Shown here one piece after another: positions 62,362 to 64,000 of a stretch of 64,000 nt of DNA. This DNA comes from an uncultured Bacilli bacterium (lineage in GTDB: Bacteria > Bacillota_I > Bacilli_A > RFN20 > CAG-449). Numbering within the stretch: position 1 is the first letter of the stretch; every line of letters starts with the position of its first letter. Location: NCBI GenBank assembly GCA_947588815.1, contig CANQAG010000005.1:14731-78730 (forward strand), in the 5' to 3' direction. Made by a program: the position numbers and the translations under genes. The notes below the pieces were generated by a model. It was not told where the DNA came from, did no database searches, and saw only the letters and a list, made by a program, of their open reading frames with translations.

Positions 62362-62989
62362 TACTTTGATCAAATTGAGCGAAAACGATAAAAGGATCCT
62401 CATCGCTCTATTAATAATCGTGCTTTTAATCGTCATCATCGTCGGTTATATTACAAAACTAGTACGATATATTATGCGTAAGCAAGGACGCATGGTCGAT
62501 AATATGATGGTTGATATTGTAAAAGCCAACTTAGTGACAACACCTAAAGAATTTAAAAAAGTAGCCCGTGAAAAAAACTTCCGACAATTCTATTTTGAAG
62601 CCTTGCCTCCGATGGGAGCTTTGATAATTTTAAGTTTAATTGTCCTTTTATATCAGCTTTTCATGGAAAAAACCAATTTGAATTACATCATCGAATACAT
62701 TTCAAAATTATCGTTTGAATTATCATTTCCGACTACCTATTTCTTTGGAATCAACATTATTTCCGATTGGCCTACCATCGTTAAAGGTCCTGAATTTTTC
62801 TTTAATTTCGATAGCATCATCGCTTATTTGGTTTTATTGGTCGGCATCTATTTCATTATTCATTTTTCAATTTGCGTTCAAGCCTTAATCGCTAGGGAAT
62901 GGAGGTTAAGGCATGCCGCTACTACCGTGTTTCAAAAAGATCTCGACACTCTTTCAAAGCCTTCAACCAAAGAGAATCTTGAGCAATAA
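62354..62989 (+). CDS. Hypothetical membrane protein
   Basis: GAGG RBS, ATG 62354 overlapping the upstream stop; 3 TM segments. Confidence 0.7.
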   Translation: MINTLIKLSENDKRILIALLIIVLLIVIIVGYITKLVRYIMRKQGRMVDNMMVDIVKANLVTTPKEFKKVAREKNFRQFYFEALPPMGALIILSLIVLLYQLFMEKTNLNYIIEYISKLSFELSFPTTYFFGINIISDWPTIVKGPEFFFNFDSIIAYLVLLVGIYFIIHFSICVQALIAREWRLRHAATTVFQKDLDTLSKPSTKENLEQ

Positions 62990-63035
62990 AAAACTTGGCC
63001 TTAATTCTTACAAAGAATCATTACCAAGTTTTTTT
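62988..63035. terminator. Bidirectional terminator
   Basis: AAAAAACTTGG...CCAAGTTTTTTT between convergent genes. Confidence 0.7.
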
Positions 63036-63037
63036 AT

Positions 63038-64000
63038 TTATTTATCTTCGTATCCGTTTAGATGTGATTTATGAAATTTATAAGCCGTTTCAATCATTTG
63101 ATCTAAGGTATATTGCGGTTTCCAATGTAGAATTTCTTGTGCTTTTTTAGACGATGCGATGAGAATTGCAGGATCGCCTGGGCGACGGGAAACCACTTCT
63201 TGAGGAATCGCTTGACCAACTACTTTTTCAGCGCTTTGAATCATCTCTTTTACCGAAAATCCATTTTCAGAACCTAAATTGAAAATATCGGATTTATTGC
63301 CCGCAAAAAGATATTCCAATGCTTTTATGTGAGCGTCGATAAGATCCACGACATGAATATAGTCACGGATACAAGTTCCATCAGGAGTTGGATAATTGTC
63401 TCCGAAAATAGAAATCTGCGGTCGTTTTTTTAACGGAACCTGAAGAATCAACGGAATTAAATGCGTCTCCGGATTATGATCTTCTCCGATTTCCCCATTG
63501 TCCAAAGCTCCGGCAACATTGAAGTACCTAAGCGACACATAACGCACCCCGTAAGCAATGTCGGCCCACTTCATCATTTTTTCCATTTGAAGTTTAGTTT
63601 CTCCATAGGTACATTCCGGATTTGGAATCGCCTCTTCGGTGATTGGCAAAACTTTTTGTTCTCCATAAACCGCGGCTGAAGAAGAGAAGACGATTTTCTT
63701 TACCTCATTTGCAACCATCGCTTTTAAAAGAACCAAAGTACCATTGACATTATTATCAAAATAATCAATCGGCTCCTTCATTGAAACTCCAACTAACGAT
63801 TTCGCAGCAAAATGAACTACCGCATCGACTTTTTCTTTCTTAAATACACGATCCAAAAAAGCAAAATCTCGAATATCACCTTCATAAAAAGTCGCTCGAG
63901 GATCAAGCGCTTTTCGATGTCCGGTTGAAAGATTATCGACAACAACTACTTCATACCCTCGATCCGCAAGAATTCTTGAACAGTGACTGCCGATATATCC
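63038..64000 (-). CDS. galE: UDP-glucose 4-epimerase (5' end outside the window)
   Basis: Frame open to the edge: GYIGSH..VDNLSTGH, HFAA, FSSSAAVYG, YGETK, LRYFNVAG, DGTCIRDYIHV. Confidence 0.95.
   Translation of the reverse strand, partial: GYIGSHCSRILADRGYEVVVVDNLSTGHRKALDPRATFYEGDIRDFAFLDRVFKKEKVDAVVHFAAKSLVGVSMKEPIDYFDNNVNGTLVLLKAMVANEVKKIVFSSSAAVYGEQKVLPITEEAIPNPECTYGETKLQMEKMMKWADIAYGVRYVSLRYFNVAGALDNGEIGEDHNPETHLIPLILQVPLKKRPQISIFGDNYPTPDGTCIRDYIHVVDLIDAHIKALEYLFAGNKSDIFNLGSENGFSVKEMIQSAEKVVGQAIPQEVVSRRPGDPAILIASSKKAQEILHWKPQYTLDQMIETAYKFHKSHLNGYEDK

Overview
AT-rich chromosomal window from a low-GC Bacilli-like anaerobe. It uses genetic code 11 (TGA is a stop in several ATGA overlaps). 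An uncultured gut lineage such as RFN20/RF39/Erysipelotrichales is my inference only. Most of the window is housekeeping: rluA, acpP, malQ, pepP, mrp, yigZ, trxA, dfx, deoD, ddl, murF, glmM, cdaA, gatCAB, ligA, pcrA, galE, and four tRNAs (Glu-TTC, Asn-GTT, Gly-GCC, Ser-CGA). I found no CRISPR array, rRNA, transposase or integrase. Best leads: (1) a 2178-aa membrane-anchored acidic protein built from W-x-x-E helical repeats, with a ~451-aa tandem duplication, translationally coupled to yigZ; (2) a solo coiled-coil/GIY-YIG nuclease gene just behind tRNA-Ser(CGA), a candidate antiphage gene; (3) back-to-back sigmaE-like and sigmaG-like promoters driving ydcC-like and yuzA/DUF378-like genes, plus tandem Spo0A boxes, hinting at sporulation; (4) an alpha/beta-hydrolase, TM-anchored MurF, NUDIX, Ddl cluster; (5) a compositionally foreign islet after tRNA-Gly carrying an XRE-TM-DUF3592-like fusion and an AAA/DUF4143 ATPase with operator-like repeats; (6) a catalytically dead GGDEF-EAL-like protein. 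All family assignments come from motif recognition by eye, not database searches.
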